Shown in pieces: positions 27,395 through 40,581 of a DNA stretch of 64,000 bases. The position numbers were made by a program, and so were the translations under genes. The DNA is from Sarea resinae. Taxonomy: Eukaryota. How positions within the stretch are numbered: position 1 is the first letter of the stretch; each line of letters begins with the position of its first letter. Location of the stretch: NCBI GenBank assembly GCA_026026165.1, contig JAPEUD010000033.1, forward strand, positions 62,001 to 126,000, written 5' to 3'. The notes under the pieces were generated by a model. That model had not been told where the DNA came from. It searched no databases and saw only the letters and a program-made list of their open reading frames with translations.

Positions 27395-29881
27395 TTACGC
27401 ACTCTCGGCTCCTAGCTTCGCCAGTTCCTTTGCAATGAAATCCTCCGCATTGACCAATTCCGTGCTACCATACACGACCCTCTTTTTCAGCGCGGCCACT
27501 CCGCCGGCACCAGACGAGGTGGCCGCGCCTCCGACACCACCACCGCCCGTCCGTCGCGCCCAATCCTGCAGATTGCCATACTCGTCCATACTACCTCCAC
27601 CCACCGTGAAGACGATTGCCTCGTTGAACCCCTGTCTCCTTTGCCCGAAACTGGCTCCTGTCCCTGGGCCTAGCCCGCCCAGTCCACCAGGCATCATACC
27701 GCCAGCCGCTCCAGACTGCTGGTTCCGCAGTTGCGCCGCGGGAGGCATGGTACCTCGGGCATTTGAATTCCTCGGATCGAAATAGAGGTAGTTTTCCGTC
27801 TTGGCAATGGCGGACGAAGAGGCAGAAGCCGGGTCCATGATGGATTCCGTGATCTTAGTTATGGTGAGATCCTTGTTGGCGGGGAGGAAGTTTTTGACGC
27901 CTGAGATGAGGTTCTCAAAATTTGCGCCCAGGGCCCCGTCTTTTAGACGGTCGGTAAGTCGGTTGCTGATGGAGCTGAAGCCGCGGAAGAGGGCGTCGCC
28001 GCCCGTCGAGGAATTTTGTTGTGCAGGTTGGGAGGGAGCTGAGGTCATCATTGTCATGCGCGTAATTTCGCGAACTCTAGTGGAAGATTAATGTCAGTGG
28101 AAACGAAGGAGTGGATTGGAGGTACCAAGAGGGTAACAGATGATGATGAAGACGTACCGTCTGAGATATGCTAGTGCGGTGGTTTCGGCACCAGCTTTCT
28201 TCAATGCTTCTTCGAACCGTTCCATGTCTGATCTGGAAACTTCTTGCTCGGTATTGAGGAACCATATCAAGAAGAGCCGTAGCTTATCTAGAGGCTCCTT
28301 GCCTTTGTCGTCGTCGTTCAGCAGCTCCAGGATCTGGGATTTCGACTGCTTCGTAATGTTTTCTTCCAGCTGAAAATAGTTGTCCAATTGTCGGTCTTTT
28401 ATTCCTTTCAGGAGGGCAGTGGCGATATTCATGTGCATGTCAAGCGTAGCTTTGCGCTCTCGAAGCTCTGGCAATAATGTGATGGCCGCTTTCAGATGTT
28501 GTGCTGAGGCGCTGGTGTCATTCTGTAGATCTTCAATCGAAGAAGCTCCAGTCTTCCTGGTGATATCGGTGGCGTCCTCCTTGTATTTGGTGAGCTCGGC
28601 ATCAATGTCCTCTGCTACTTGCGGGAAGGGCACGCTAGCATTTCGCTCCCAGAAAAAGTCGTTTGCGCTCAGATCATAAGAACGTTTGGTGACGCCTCTT
28701 GCGGGATTGCTCTCATCGACCGGCGTTTCGACGGTGATCCGATTGAGATGCATTTTTAGAACGTCATGCACGAGAGCCTGGTAGGTCCAAGAATGAGACA
28801 GCATGGGTATAATGTCGAGTTGACGGTCGAGAATGATAAGGACAGGTCTTGAAGAGGAGGGTCCAGCTGATGATGTTGGTCTCTGGCTGCTATTTGAAAA
28901 TAGATTGTCTTTGGAGTTCAGGATATGGTCGCGTAGTTTGCGATCGAGTTTGACGGAGATCATCTCTGCCGCACCTCCTTTCGGACATCTGATGACGGGG
29001 ATCGTGCCTATAAGAGCGTGAGCGAGCATTCCCCTTCAACGTGATTGTTCTTCCACATACCCATCGTCACCACGACACTGAATAGCCCGCTCACTATTCT
29101 GTCAACGACAGCATCCAATTCCTCATCCTTGATCTGCGCACTATTTAGGGCCCAGTAAGTTCCACTTCCCATCCCCAAGCTGAAAAGGTCCGGTTCGCTG
29201 ACGATGAAGTTCAAGTACTGATCATACACCTGAGCTATGCTCTCTGCCGTTCCTGCGACGGCTGTCTGGGAGGCAAAATCTTCCAAAATGGCGCGTGGTA
29301 TTGAGGATAGGAAATTTATGTATGCGGCAGAGTAGAGATTTCGAGAAAGGTCGGAGGTGATGAGTTGGAGATTGGTTGGGGTTGGTTCCAACAGATATAC
29401 CACAGGAACGTCTGGGATGGGATATCGAGGTGAGTTGATATTTCTGTTGGTGAGATAATCAGTCGATGCCGAGCAGGTCTCAATGCGCCGTAAGGCGAGA
29501 GGACCGCTTCCAACGAGAGAAACTCAGAAGGTGTATTTCCACGTACAGATGCATCGTTACACCCCATGCCCGCAGGTCATTGACTCGTAGGACGCTGCTA
29601 ATAACATCGCGTCCTAGATTGTCGAAAACAAGGACTTTCCAAATCGGCTCGCCCTCCGAGTCAAGGATGGGAGTCGACTGAGGTATGAGGCCCGAGGGGT
29701 TTGCGGGGTCATGATGTTGCTCTGAATTGGGAGAAGGAGCTTGGTTTAGATTCAAGATCTTCTCGATTGAGCCTATAGTGCGGTCAGCTGCGTCCAGCGT
29801 CCAGACAAGATACTGCGGAGCTCGATCTTATGACAACATACCAACTTGACGATCCCTTAACGACAGTTGAAGGGAAGCCAT
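27395..29881 (-). CDS. SLY1: Sec1/Munc18 family vesicle-trafficking protein Sly1, about 5 exons
   Basis: [106 protein letters not shown]. Confidence 0.95.
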
Positions 29882-31615
29882 GACGGGGACAGGCAGCGGC
29901 GCCCCAGTGATGCGCAGATGGGATTAACGCATGTAAGACGATACAGTGCAGAGCCGCTATCCCCAGTAATGAAGGACTCTGCGTAGAAGATGAGGCGGGT
30001 GCTCAATGTAGGAAGGAGAAGCTTCGAAATATCATTTGTTCCAATGCACTTGTTTGGCCGTGGGGATCTGAAGCGTAAGTGGACACAGCGACAGGTAGGT
30101 ACGCAAACCCAAGGTCGAGATACATAGAATCAACGCGCAAGCGTACCTGATCGACAGGTATCGCAGTGTCAGTGCCCTTGCCTGTCAAACATACTGCGTA
30201 CCATGTACTCAAGTACTCCGGTGGACTGGGCCTCGCTGCTGACTCAGCAGCCTTCCGCCGTCCAAGTCCTCCTCAGCCTCCTACATCCAAGTACATGTAC
30301 CTCTCCGATCGTTCCTCATCTCATCTCCCGCGACCATCTATTCATCACCCATCATCGCCCATCATCGCCCATCATCACTCATCCTTCCTCATCCTTCCTC
30401 ATCCTTCCACATCCACATCATCCTCCTCCCTATCGCTCAACATCCTCTCACTCTCTTCCCATGCACGATCATTCGTATGTCTTCTCCAGCATGAGCCCTG
30501 TTCACAGATGAGCGTGTTTCCCTTAGACTTTGACGACTGGCAGCGAAGGTGATATACTGTCGATTGATGGAGTGAAAGCGATCCACGCAAGGTCAAGACT
30601 GCAAGTCACACAGAGGCAAAGGGTAAAGTCGAGGCGGGCGCGCAGTCAGATTACTTCCTCTACGACAACTAAAGACGGCGCGACGCAAGTCGACTTGAAG
30701 CCATCGTACCTAGCTGAAGAGCGGCAGGCAGCCGGCCTTCGACCTTGGAAGGGCAGCCTGCAGCTTCACATAGCGTACGATCGTGATCCATCTATCTTAC
30801 TCTACTATTCCAGCGACCGCGAGACGGTCGTGCCGTGCCGGGTGCCAGCCCTCATTGCTGCCCGCGGCTGGAGCCTGACTGTGAGACTGGACGTTGGAGG
30901 TTGGATCGGACGTGGGGTGTGGATAATTACACTTGTTCGCATTCTTTGGGCTTGAGGCGCGGAAACGTCCATCTCACATCCCGTCCACCTACTCTATTCA
31001 TTACCTGATTTGAATATTGCCGCTCGTGGCAATCATTGAATCCCTCACGGTACCCAGTACTTCTGTTGTCGCCCTAGTCTCGCCGACTGCCTACGCCGGA
31101 GTAGGTACGGAGTACTTCAGTACTTGACACGCCGACCGTACCGCATCACACGAGAATCCAATTGGCCGTGCCGTGCGGCAGTACACGGTACTCGGTACTC
31201 TCACTCCCGAAGCAGACAAAGAGAGGCAGAACGCAAATCACCTGATCGGGATGTGCCTCGCCGCAATCGGTTAGCTCGCGTCGCCTGAACCTGCCTACCT
31301 TACCTTACCTTAGGTACCTGACTCCAGTACCCTGGAGCTGCTCCATCCTCCATTCCCCTACGGTGGCCGGCCCACAATAATCCACTCCAGCCCGCCTCCA
31401 GCTCCAGCTCCATCGGCCGAGCTCTCAACCACTTCCAAGCTTGCGTCTGCTGGCTTTCCCGTCTCCCGGAACAAGGTCTCGGATCAACGTTGTTCCGCTA
31501 TCTCGCACCGTACCGCCCACAGGTGCAGGTACCGGCGCGCTACCGTACCCCCGCGGATCATTTCGCCATACAAAACGTCCAATTGGAGTAAATCAACAGT
31601 CGCGAAACTCCCCCG

Positions 31616-34600
31616 ATGGAAGACCAGGGCCTTCCGCACGACGATGCGGCAACTCAAAACGGTCAATTCTTTCAAGATGAACAGTTTGGCGCGTTTGGGG
31701 CTTTTCTGCCCCAACATCAAGATCCAAACCATCCATTCGCTCAGTCCTGGCTTGATCCCTATCAAAACTTTCGCGGTCCATCAGCCGTGCAGCAGCAATC
31801 GGTCTGGCAGGACAATTCTTTACAGCGTTCGAGCGCATCGCCCCTTCCTCCGGTAGATGGCAGATCAAACTCCTACGGCCCACCCTTCCCCAATGAATCC
31901 GCCCCTTTCATCCACCCTTCCTACGCTACTCAATTCGATCGCCCCTTTTCTCCCTCCAATTTTACCAGCCCTGCATCCTTTGGACAGGCGCAGGTTGCAA
32001 CTGGACAGGATACCTCGTTCGCCGAGAATACGGAGTTCACTGACCAGCATGATTATGGAGGTACCATCTCGCCGCATGCATTGCAGAGCCATCAGTATGG
32101 TTATGGCCAGCCAAGTTCGAATGTGTGTAAAATCTTCGCTCATTTCGAGAAGTCATATTTCTAATTTTCTATAGACTCAATCCGTCAGCATCAACCATGA
32201 TCCATCTGCAATCGCATCGTCCGCTTTCCCGAGGCCGTCCTCGGACGCGGCCGGAGCCCAGCTTTCCAGCAGCATGGAAAACCCCGTCAGATATTCCGCT
32301 TTTGACGCGGCCGCCAGCTATCCTATGAGTCCTTCGGGTATCACTGCCAGCACTCCCTTGGATACCGCGAATCCGAAACTGTTGAACTATTCCACTCAGA
32401 CACCCAATCAGTCTTCGAACCTCTCGTTCCCACCTGCTGGGACGTCGTTGGCACAGCCATCTTTCCAGACTACCGACGATGGCAAGTTTCTTACATACGA
32501 CATGGATCAACTCACAAAATCCACGGCATCTGATGCTCTCGGAAGGTTTGCTGCTGTTGGCCGGAACGCGATTGATCTTAATACCACCAAAAGTAAGCCA
32601 GATCTCGGATCCAGCGCAACTATAGTGCCAATTTCAGCGGAACTAATCGTGATGCTCCAGCAACTCTCCCACGGTATAAACCTCGAATGTCCAAAAATCA
32701 GATAAGGATGGAGATGCTAGGATCAGCTCTAAGAGGTATGCACTTCCGATTCATAGCCGGCAGGCCATAAAAAGTGGCACTCTTCTAACACCCATACAGA
32801 AAATCAGGAGCCTGCGGGACATATTCGGCAGCAAATCAACAAGAGGCTGAAGCTTGATCGGACAGGCTCTTCGTTAGCTCGTTCCAGTGTCGTTTCGCTC
32901 AGTCCGCGCCCATCTGGAGAGCCAAAAGAAGACGAATCGAGCGAGGACGAACCCGAAGACGATTCCGACTACACCTCAGAAGAAGAAGAGGATCTTCCCG
33001 AAACGCGACCTCAGGGTGTTCACGAAGGCCTGCGCTGGGATGTTGGGACAGTTCTTCGACTACCATCTTACCGGAGAGCATCTCCCAATGAAATCCGTAA
33101 GCACATGACAGACTTTTGGGAGAATACTATGAAAGCGATCCGTAATGATTGGAGGGCTGCCACGATAAGCCTCAAAAAGGCAGAAGAGGCCAAGGATGAC
33201 GCCAAGGTCTCAACCTTGAAAAAGAAGGTTGCGGAGAAACAAAGCATGATAGAGACTTCCATCAGAGCTGCCAGAGAATTAGGTGACAAGGAGATCGTCG
33301 GACCGTACGTAAAACCTTCCATTTTATCATCTTTTATCTTCCGTCCTCTACTCCACCCCTCGTTTGAGCTTTTCGTAAACTGCTTCAGACGACGTAGAGA
33401 CCACCGCTCTATTGATTGGTCGGATAAGTCAAGCCTACAATCTAAATTCAGTCTCATTTGGTGGGGTTGTATGCTCCTGGAAGATCCACTCTCCATGACG
33501 CTTAGTGTCATCCTTGCTATTCAGATCTGAATTAAGGCACTCTGGCGGTAAAGGATATGCATCAGTTTATCGGAAATCTGAGGCGTCCCAAAAGCGGACC
33601 AGCGCGAGTGCTACTCCTAGGAGTCGACATGATCGTAGTAATCACGGAACAGCGCTCCCGCAGATACTTTGTTCACTTGGCATTTGCATCCATTCGCATG
33701 CACCACGTCCACCGCATGTTTACACTGCTTCACACAATCTACTCTGTCTTTCATATTCTAGATCATAACCCTTTCAATTGCTCTAATTTGATGTTACTAT
33801 TCTGATTCGGGTTCCTTCACCGCTAATTTACTCAAAGGCTAGGTGAACATTCTCTATTCATGGTCTTCCTCGCAAACGTTTTACTCAATCGGATGAATCA
33901 CAATGATGCCGGCGGATCATTATGCATTGCGATTCTTCAGGTAAGGCTATCCTCGTCAAATCTTCACCTTCCTCGAGTTTCTAACAAACCATCGTCTGGA
34001 AATAGCTACTCGTGAGATGTGACACTCTTACGGAGAAGAATGTCGCTGATTTTGGCCTCGGCAAAACATTGAATCGATTCGTGGCGGGTAAGAAAGGGAA
34101 TGAGGAAACGAAACGATTGGCGAGACAAGTATTGGAAAACGCTGCCGCAGAATCCAAGCGTAAGGGAACGGCGTCTTCAACTGCGGAGAATAATGTTTCG
34201 ATCACCAAGAGCAACAATAAGTCCAATGGCGCCGTCTTCTCAAGCGGAACCCAGGAGCCAGCTGCAGGAATCAAGCGGCTAAGGGATGAAGACACGAAGA
34301 GCGATCAGCCGAAGAAAAAGGCCGTGACAACGGCAGTTGCTCCTCCAAGTACTGGCGGCGCTTCGGCGAAAAGCTTAGTCCCATCAGTGAAGCGTCCAAT
34401 ATCCTCTTCGACCGCTACTAAGCCTCCCTCGATACCAGCTATTTCGGCTTCCGGAGCGAAACCAAAGACAGCGCATGCTCAACCTCGCCCATCCAACTTC
34501 TTTTCCAGTCTGCAGTCTGCTTCTAAGAAACCGGGCACTTCGAATGCTGCAACGGCGGCCACTCAAAAGGGCCAGAGTAAAGGTGGTGCTATGTAAGTAT

Positions 34601-36130
34601 CCCCATTCCAGCCTCCTTTGGCTACCTTTCATTTACGCTGTTGTTGAATGTGTCTGATCTTCATTAGTCCTTCCACGGAGAAAAAAGCTGCTGCTCCTAC
34701 CGCCGCTATGGGAGCCCCTAAGCCTACTTTCTCATTTGCACAAACTATGGCCAACCTGACTCGAGCAAAGGAACCGGAGCCTGTTTCGAAACCGGTGGAG
34801 AGAGGTCCTCCAGAAAACGAAGAAGATAGACGTAAGCGCTTGAGGAAGGAAGAACGTCGGAAAATGAGGGTCACTTTCAAGCCAGACGACAGCCTTGTAG
34901 AAGTACGGTTGTTCACGCATGACCCTGCTGAGGAGGTGGGTCATGAGGAGAGTATGATGCGAGACGTGAGCGATGTGGGAGGCGAGGGTAGGATCTTCAA
35001 GCAGCACAAAGACATGGATATGATGGACGAAGAAGATGATGAAGGCAATGCCAATGACAGCCTCAAACAATTCCAGCTTCCGTCTTGTAAGTTGCCCCGG
35101 ACTCTTTCATATGTTTAGATAGGCAGCCTTGGGTTAGCTAATTCTTTTGCAGTTGTTGACCTCGGTGTGATCGAGAATGATGAGCGAACAAGGAATTATG
35201 TCACTCGGGGAGGATTGAAGCAGGTGGAGAGCTCAGAATCGAAAGTACAGGAACAACGAGAGATGAACACCTTGATGGCTATCTACACTCATGCATCTGA
35301 CATTCCTGCATCGCCACGGGAACCTTCGGACCCAGTCTCTGGGCAACAGAGTGAATTAATTTCGTTCGGAGAACCTCCCGAGATTCCCCAGGTATGAAAT
35401 TATCATTTACTTCTAAAGCATATCGGACTCATTTCTTTTCCTTAGAATCGAGCCGCCCAGATACAAGCGCAGCTTCACTCGCGCCCCTCCCAGCCCTCTG
35501 CCACAGGTCCGGCAACTGACATCTCCGCTTTACTACGAGTCCTGAACGGCGGGCACCCACAGCCACAGGCGAACCAGCGGCAAGCACCTCTCACGGAATT
35601 GGAAAAGGTCTTCGCCATGCACTCTGGGGGAGCACAACAGGCACCTCAATTTCAGCAACCCGTAACCCAACAAGCGCCAGGGATCAACCTACAAGCAATA
35701 CTGTCAGCCATTCCTTCTCAGAACCAGGGCCAATCAAATATGCAGAGTACCCCACAGGTACCGCAGTTACAGTCAATCTTATCTCAATTAGGGCAGCATG
35801 GAGCTGTTTATGGCCAACAGCAACAGTCGCAACCCGTAGCGCAGCCTGATGACGATGATGAGGATGACTACGATCCCGAAAAGCTAGACCTTTCCGAGCC
35901 CTCGGGGGCATATGGGAACAGCGAGCAAGGTCCACACGGTTCTAACAATGGAGGTGGTTTCCACAACAACGAGCCGGCGAATAGGGTGAGTGCAATAGAA
36001 TATTAAGTCAAGGCTACCCGAAGACTAACAATCCGGGCTTTAGGATATCAAGTACACTTATCCATGCAAGTACTGGGGAGACGGAAAATGCTGGAAGGGG
36101 GATCATTGTCAATACGTTCATGACCAATGA
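31616..36130 (+). CDS. PNUTS/Ppn1-like PP1 regulatory subunit (TFIIS-N-like helical domain, RVxF motif, C-terminal CCCH zinc finger), multi-exon
   Basis: Helical segment LTEKNVADFGLGKTLNRF..GNEETKRLARQVL; PP1-docking KMRVTFKPDDSLVEVRLF; last exon CKYWGDGKCWKGDHCQYVH (C-x7-C-x5-C-x3-H). This is the same domain order as PNUTS/Ppn1. Exon structure was read by eye. Confidence 0.75.
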
Positions 36131-36927
36131 ACGTACAGCAACCAATCAACCTTATAATACTCCGTCGTGGGCCCAGGGCCTCAGAGTGACGTCCAATCTA
36201 TGTGAAGTCACTCCTTACTCTTATCATATTCTAGCCGTTGGATCTACCGCGATCCTTTACATATTATATGCTTTTGTGGCTTTTATGTTTACGGATATTC
36301 CAAGTTTCATTGCACTGTTGGGCGCTCACGGTTCAAGAGAGCAGCTTATCTAGGGTGTCGGGCGACGGCTCTTACGATTCGCTGTACATGAGCATTGCAT
36401 CTAGCGATATTGGCGTTGATACGTCTCGGGGAGCACATTTTCGATCCTTACTGGACGGGTGGAGTTGTGGCGAATCAAGTTCTATAGCTTGAGAAAAGTC
36501 TATTGCTCGCTCTAGACAAAATCAGAGACAATACGTAGTTAGTAGTCAATCAATGATAAAACTTGAAAGCTGCTCGTGTTGAAGAGTAGTGCATGCTGCC
36601 GCAATAATAGTAATATCCACTGATTAATATTTCATGTAGTTATAAGTGATATAAAGCTTAGATCCTCTACTAGAGACCTCTCGGCTAAAGGTTGGCTAGA
36701 ACTCATAGTCGGGCGAGCAATTGGCTCGAAACATCAGAGCTACGACTACGCTGTACTGAGAGGCATCCCCAGACGTGGGCCGTGATAGCTAATGCAATTT
36801 CCCGCTCTCAATTGACCTTGAGCATGTTACGATCATAGCAGACAAACAGGCCTTTTGATATCCATACCGCTCGGTCCGCTATCACCAATGCCAGATAATT
36901 ATTACCCGTGCTTCCAAGTGATATAGA

Positions 36928-38170
36928 ATGGAGCAACAAAAACCAAGCGGCAGCAGCTCAGAAGAAGCAGGCAGGCCATGTCTGTTGAGGCCCAGCGCGC
37001 GGAGCAATGCAGGCCATAGGACGCATCTAGTCATAGTCTGCTGTCATGCCATTTATGGCGGCGGTCCTACGAACGGCGCGGATGAAGCCGAATGGTAATG
37101 CTTGCTTTCTCGTCTGTGTATCTGTATTTCATTCTTTTTGTATTCAGGTCCTGTAGAAATCTGCTGTATGCGCTTCTTCACTGCTTCATTCCTTCTCACT
37201 TGCTACTCTTCCCAACTCCTGTGGAGTTACGCCCTCCAAGCCACTCCTTCTTCTCCTTATACGCCATTCATCTTGATTGGTTTTGTTTACATGGCTCATA
37301 AGGGTGATCATCGCTCAACAGGTTCATTGAGCCCTTCCAGAAAGGAGAAACGCCGACGTTCATTGAGCACGCCAAAGCGGGTCTCCGAACGCTATCTGAG
37401 GATGCTGGGAACGCCTTGTTGATCTTCTCGGGGTATGTTCACGCGTCGAGAAACGGGTTCGCTGTCTCTTTTTGACTAACTTGCAAGCAAAAGGGGGCCG
37501 ACGAAGGCATCTCTGACTCCGCTCAGCGAAGCACAGTCGTACCTGGTATGTCGAACCCGTATCACCACCTCTCTCTCTCTCTTGATCACCAGCGTTGTGG
37601 TGGCGGGAGAAACTAGCTAATCAATTCCCCCCTTTTTCCTTACCTTCAATCAAGGCCCTTTGCAGAAGTAATAATTATTTTGGCTACCCCGTACACGATG
37701 GCTCCGACGACGTCTCCACCGAGGATCTCGCCACCGACTCCTTCCAGAACGTGCTGTTCTCCATCCTCCGGTTCCGCACGCTGGTCGGACACTACCCGTC
37801 CCGCATCACGCTCGTGTCGCATGCGTTCAAGCGGGAGCGGTTCGTCGCTCTGCATGCGCGGGCGCTCAGATGGCCGCTCCAGGCGCTGGACTATGTGGGC
37901 ATCGATCCACCTCCAGAAATCACGCCGCGCGCTGTTCTGGTCGCTGGGGAGCGAGAGAGGGGCGTTGGGCTGTGGGCGCGGGATCTGTATGGTGCGCGGA
38001 GTCAGCTCAGGGAGAAGAGGGTCCAACGGGGCTGGAGGCAGGAGCTGTTGCCGGAGGTGGAGGAGACGAGCGTGATGGGTCTGGTTCGTTGGGAGGGTGG
38101 CGAGAGCGGGCTCGAGCTCTATCCGTACCGGCTGCCATGGTCGGAGTCAGAGCCAGTCAATGAATGTTGA
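36928..38170 (+). CDS. DUF218-like conserved fungal protein, about 4 exons
   Basis: [68 protein letters not shown]. These motifs are typical of the fungal DUF218-like (YOR238W-like) family. Confidence 0.75.
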
Positions 38171-39052
38171 TCTCGGAGGAGGGAAACAATATGATATCGA
38201 ACTGTGGCTGGGCTATTATAGTTTGATATCACCTTACGATCCGAAGATGGAGGTGGATATAGAGATGAACTAGTTACCTACCTATCATCCCTCCCTTCAA
38301 CTAGAAAGAACCGGATAAAGAATGCATACGATATCTGGTGAGCCAGAAGGTGAATCTGTGTAAGACTGATAGAAAGAAGCAAGGCGTACGCAGTTGCTAA
38401 AGACCATAGGGTACCCTTACCCCCTGCCCCCTATGCCAGCAGTGAATTCACCTCGATCAAGGCATATAATCCTCCTCAAACGCAACTATTACAACAAGAA
38501 AGGCCCGTTGGTGTACCCCCCGCGGAAGTCTACACTACGTGGCTACGTGGCTAAAACCAATGCTTCCCAATCGGGTGTTCGATGACTACCTCCCTCCTCC
38601 CTCCTTCATCGAGGAGGTAGCAGGCAGGTTCGAACAAAACCCGGCTAGGAGGGAGGAGTAATCGTCATAGCCAACCAATTCCAAAAAAGCATGACTATTA
38701 AGATAGACGCTATAAAGTGCTCTTTCACGACAAAATCACACCAAATCCGAGAAGAAAAAGCCAGCCTTGAGTATACTGGAGAGATCGAATGGGATAAACC
38801 GCGAGGTTTTCGCAGGACCGTTCATAGGAATGGTCTGAGCGTTTTGGCGTTTTGTGCTGCGGCAGCCGTAGCATCGCGTGTGAGACATGGATCATACACT
38901 GACAGCTAGAGACAACGCTCAACGGTCACTTACCGTACTCGGGGTCTCGTGTGTTCCTCGAATAGAATGAGTAGACAACATTGAGATTTTCTTCTCCCGG
39001 GGTATCTAAGCACGATCCTGCCTACCGCACACTGCGGCTCCACAAGGAACCA

Positions 39053-39901
39053 TCAAGCATCATCCCCATCCAGCGCCCTTCCGTGCGCCTTCAGGAACCC
39101 CTTGGAGAACCTCACCATCTGCTCGTATGCAACATCAAAGCCATCCCGACCGCCATAGTAGGGATCAACAACCACCTCCCCCTTCCTGCCACCATAATCC
39201 CCAAACAACTCCAGCCTCCCCATCTTCGTCCCGCCCTTCTCCCCCTCCCCCTCCCCCCTCGCACCACCACCACCACCACCAATCCTCCCCCGCATCCTCC
39301 TCAAGTTCTCCAAGTTCTCCTCATCCATACCCAAGATGAAGTCGAAGCGTTCAAAGTCCTGCGCCGTGATCTTGCGGGCCCGGTGCCGATAGTCGGTGAT
39401 GCCGTTCGCGACCAGCGTCGACGCGGTGCGCGGGTCCGGCGGCGCCCCCGCGTGGTAGGCGCCCGTGCCTGCCGAATCGATGTGGAAGGCTCCGCCCGGG
39501 TGCGCGCGCGTCAGGTGTCGGAATACGCCCTCGGCCATTGGGGAACGACCTGTGGGGGTGGGGCAAGGAATGAGAGAGCGTCTCTGTGTATGTGCGTGGG
39601 GAGGGGGGGAGGGGGAGGAGGGGCATTGGATAGTTGATTTGACCATAGGGGGTATGAGGGTGATTCATTTTTCTAGAGGGAAGGGAAGGGGGGCAGTTGG
39701 AATGGGACTTGAACTTGGACGTGAGGGTGAAGGTGAGGGTGGTCGTGGTCGTGGTCGTGGGAATATCTGGGGGCCCAGGGAGCAAAGGCTTGTGTGGGTG
39801 GAAGGGGAAGGGGGCATACAGATATTGCCCAAGCAGACGAAGAGGACGGATATCGGTGCCGCCGAGTCTGTTTGGGAGGTGGATGATGATGATGATGCCA
39901 T
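39053..39901 (-). CDS. LTP1: Low-molecular-weight phosphotyrosine protein phosphatase, 2 exons
   Basis: VLFVCLGNIC|RSPMAE (CX5R split by the 270-nt intron at 39550-39819); IDSAGTGAYH; FDFILGMD; DPYYG. Confidence 0.93.
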
Positions 39902-40581
39902 GGCTGCAACAACACGGGCAGTCCTCCGGTATGAACCACTAGATATACGCTAGCGACTGCTACTGCTGCTGCTGCTGCGGCGATGTTGTCGCCTGAGGGA
40001 GGAAGTAAAAAGGAAAAAGAAAGATAGAGACTCTCGATGCAAGATCGGGAAGTCGTCGTGAAAGCCTTTTTGTTTGGTGGAGGTGGGATGCAAGAGGTTT
40101 GATCGCTGATGATCTGATTAGATAGGTACCCTTCGGTATCGATACCTTAATCTGATAATCGGCCGGGTGATGATGATGGTGTGGTGGATTTAGCCTCTAC
40201 GAGTCTTGCACACTCCGCCCTACCATGATCGCCGAGGCCAGGGCTGTGTATGAGGACACGCTTGAGAGACTGCGTTCTTGGTTTTTTTGTTGCTGATCTG
40301 TGATTAATTACCATTGCTATCAAGATTTAATATATATATACAGATACAAACCCGCTACTACTGAAGAGGTATAGATTTCTAGCAACATTGTAAAGAATAC
40401 TTCGCTCCTTGAAAGTCGAGCCAAACTCATTGAGTGAGTGTTGCATTTCAATAGATTCATCATGACGTTGTCGATTTCTAACATTCCACGATTTGAAAGC
40501 ACTATTCCGTCCAGTGCGCCAGAGATCCACTCAGCATCAAAAGGGCAGATGACAGGATCACCGATCCCACGATTTACCATT

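Noticed and set aside
30166..30955. ORFs in the Sly1/PNUTS divergent spacer
   Set aside because: Low-complexity (CAT/CCT)n translations with no recognisable domain or convincing splice structure.
38400..38415. GACCATAGGGT resembling the start of fungal 5S rRNA
   Set aside because: Similarity stops after about 11 nt and no internal 5S boxes follow.
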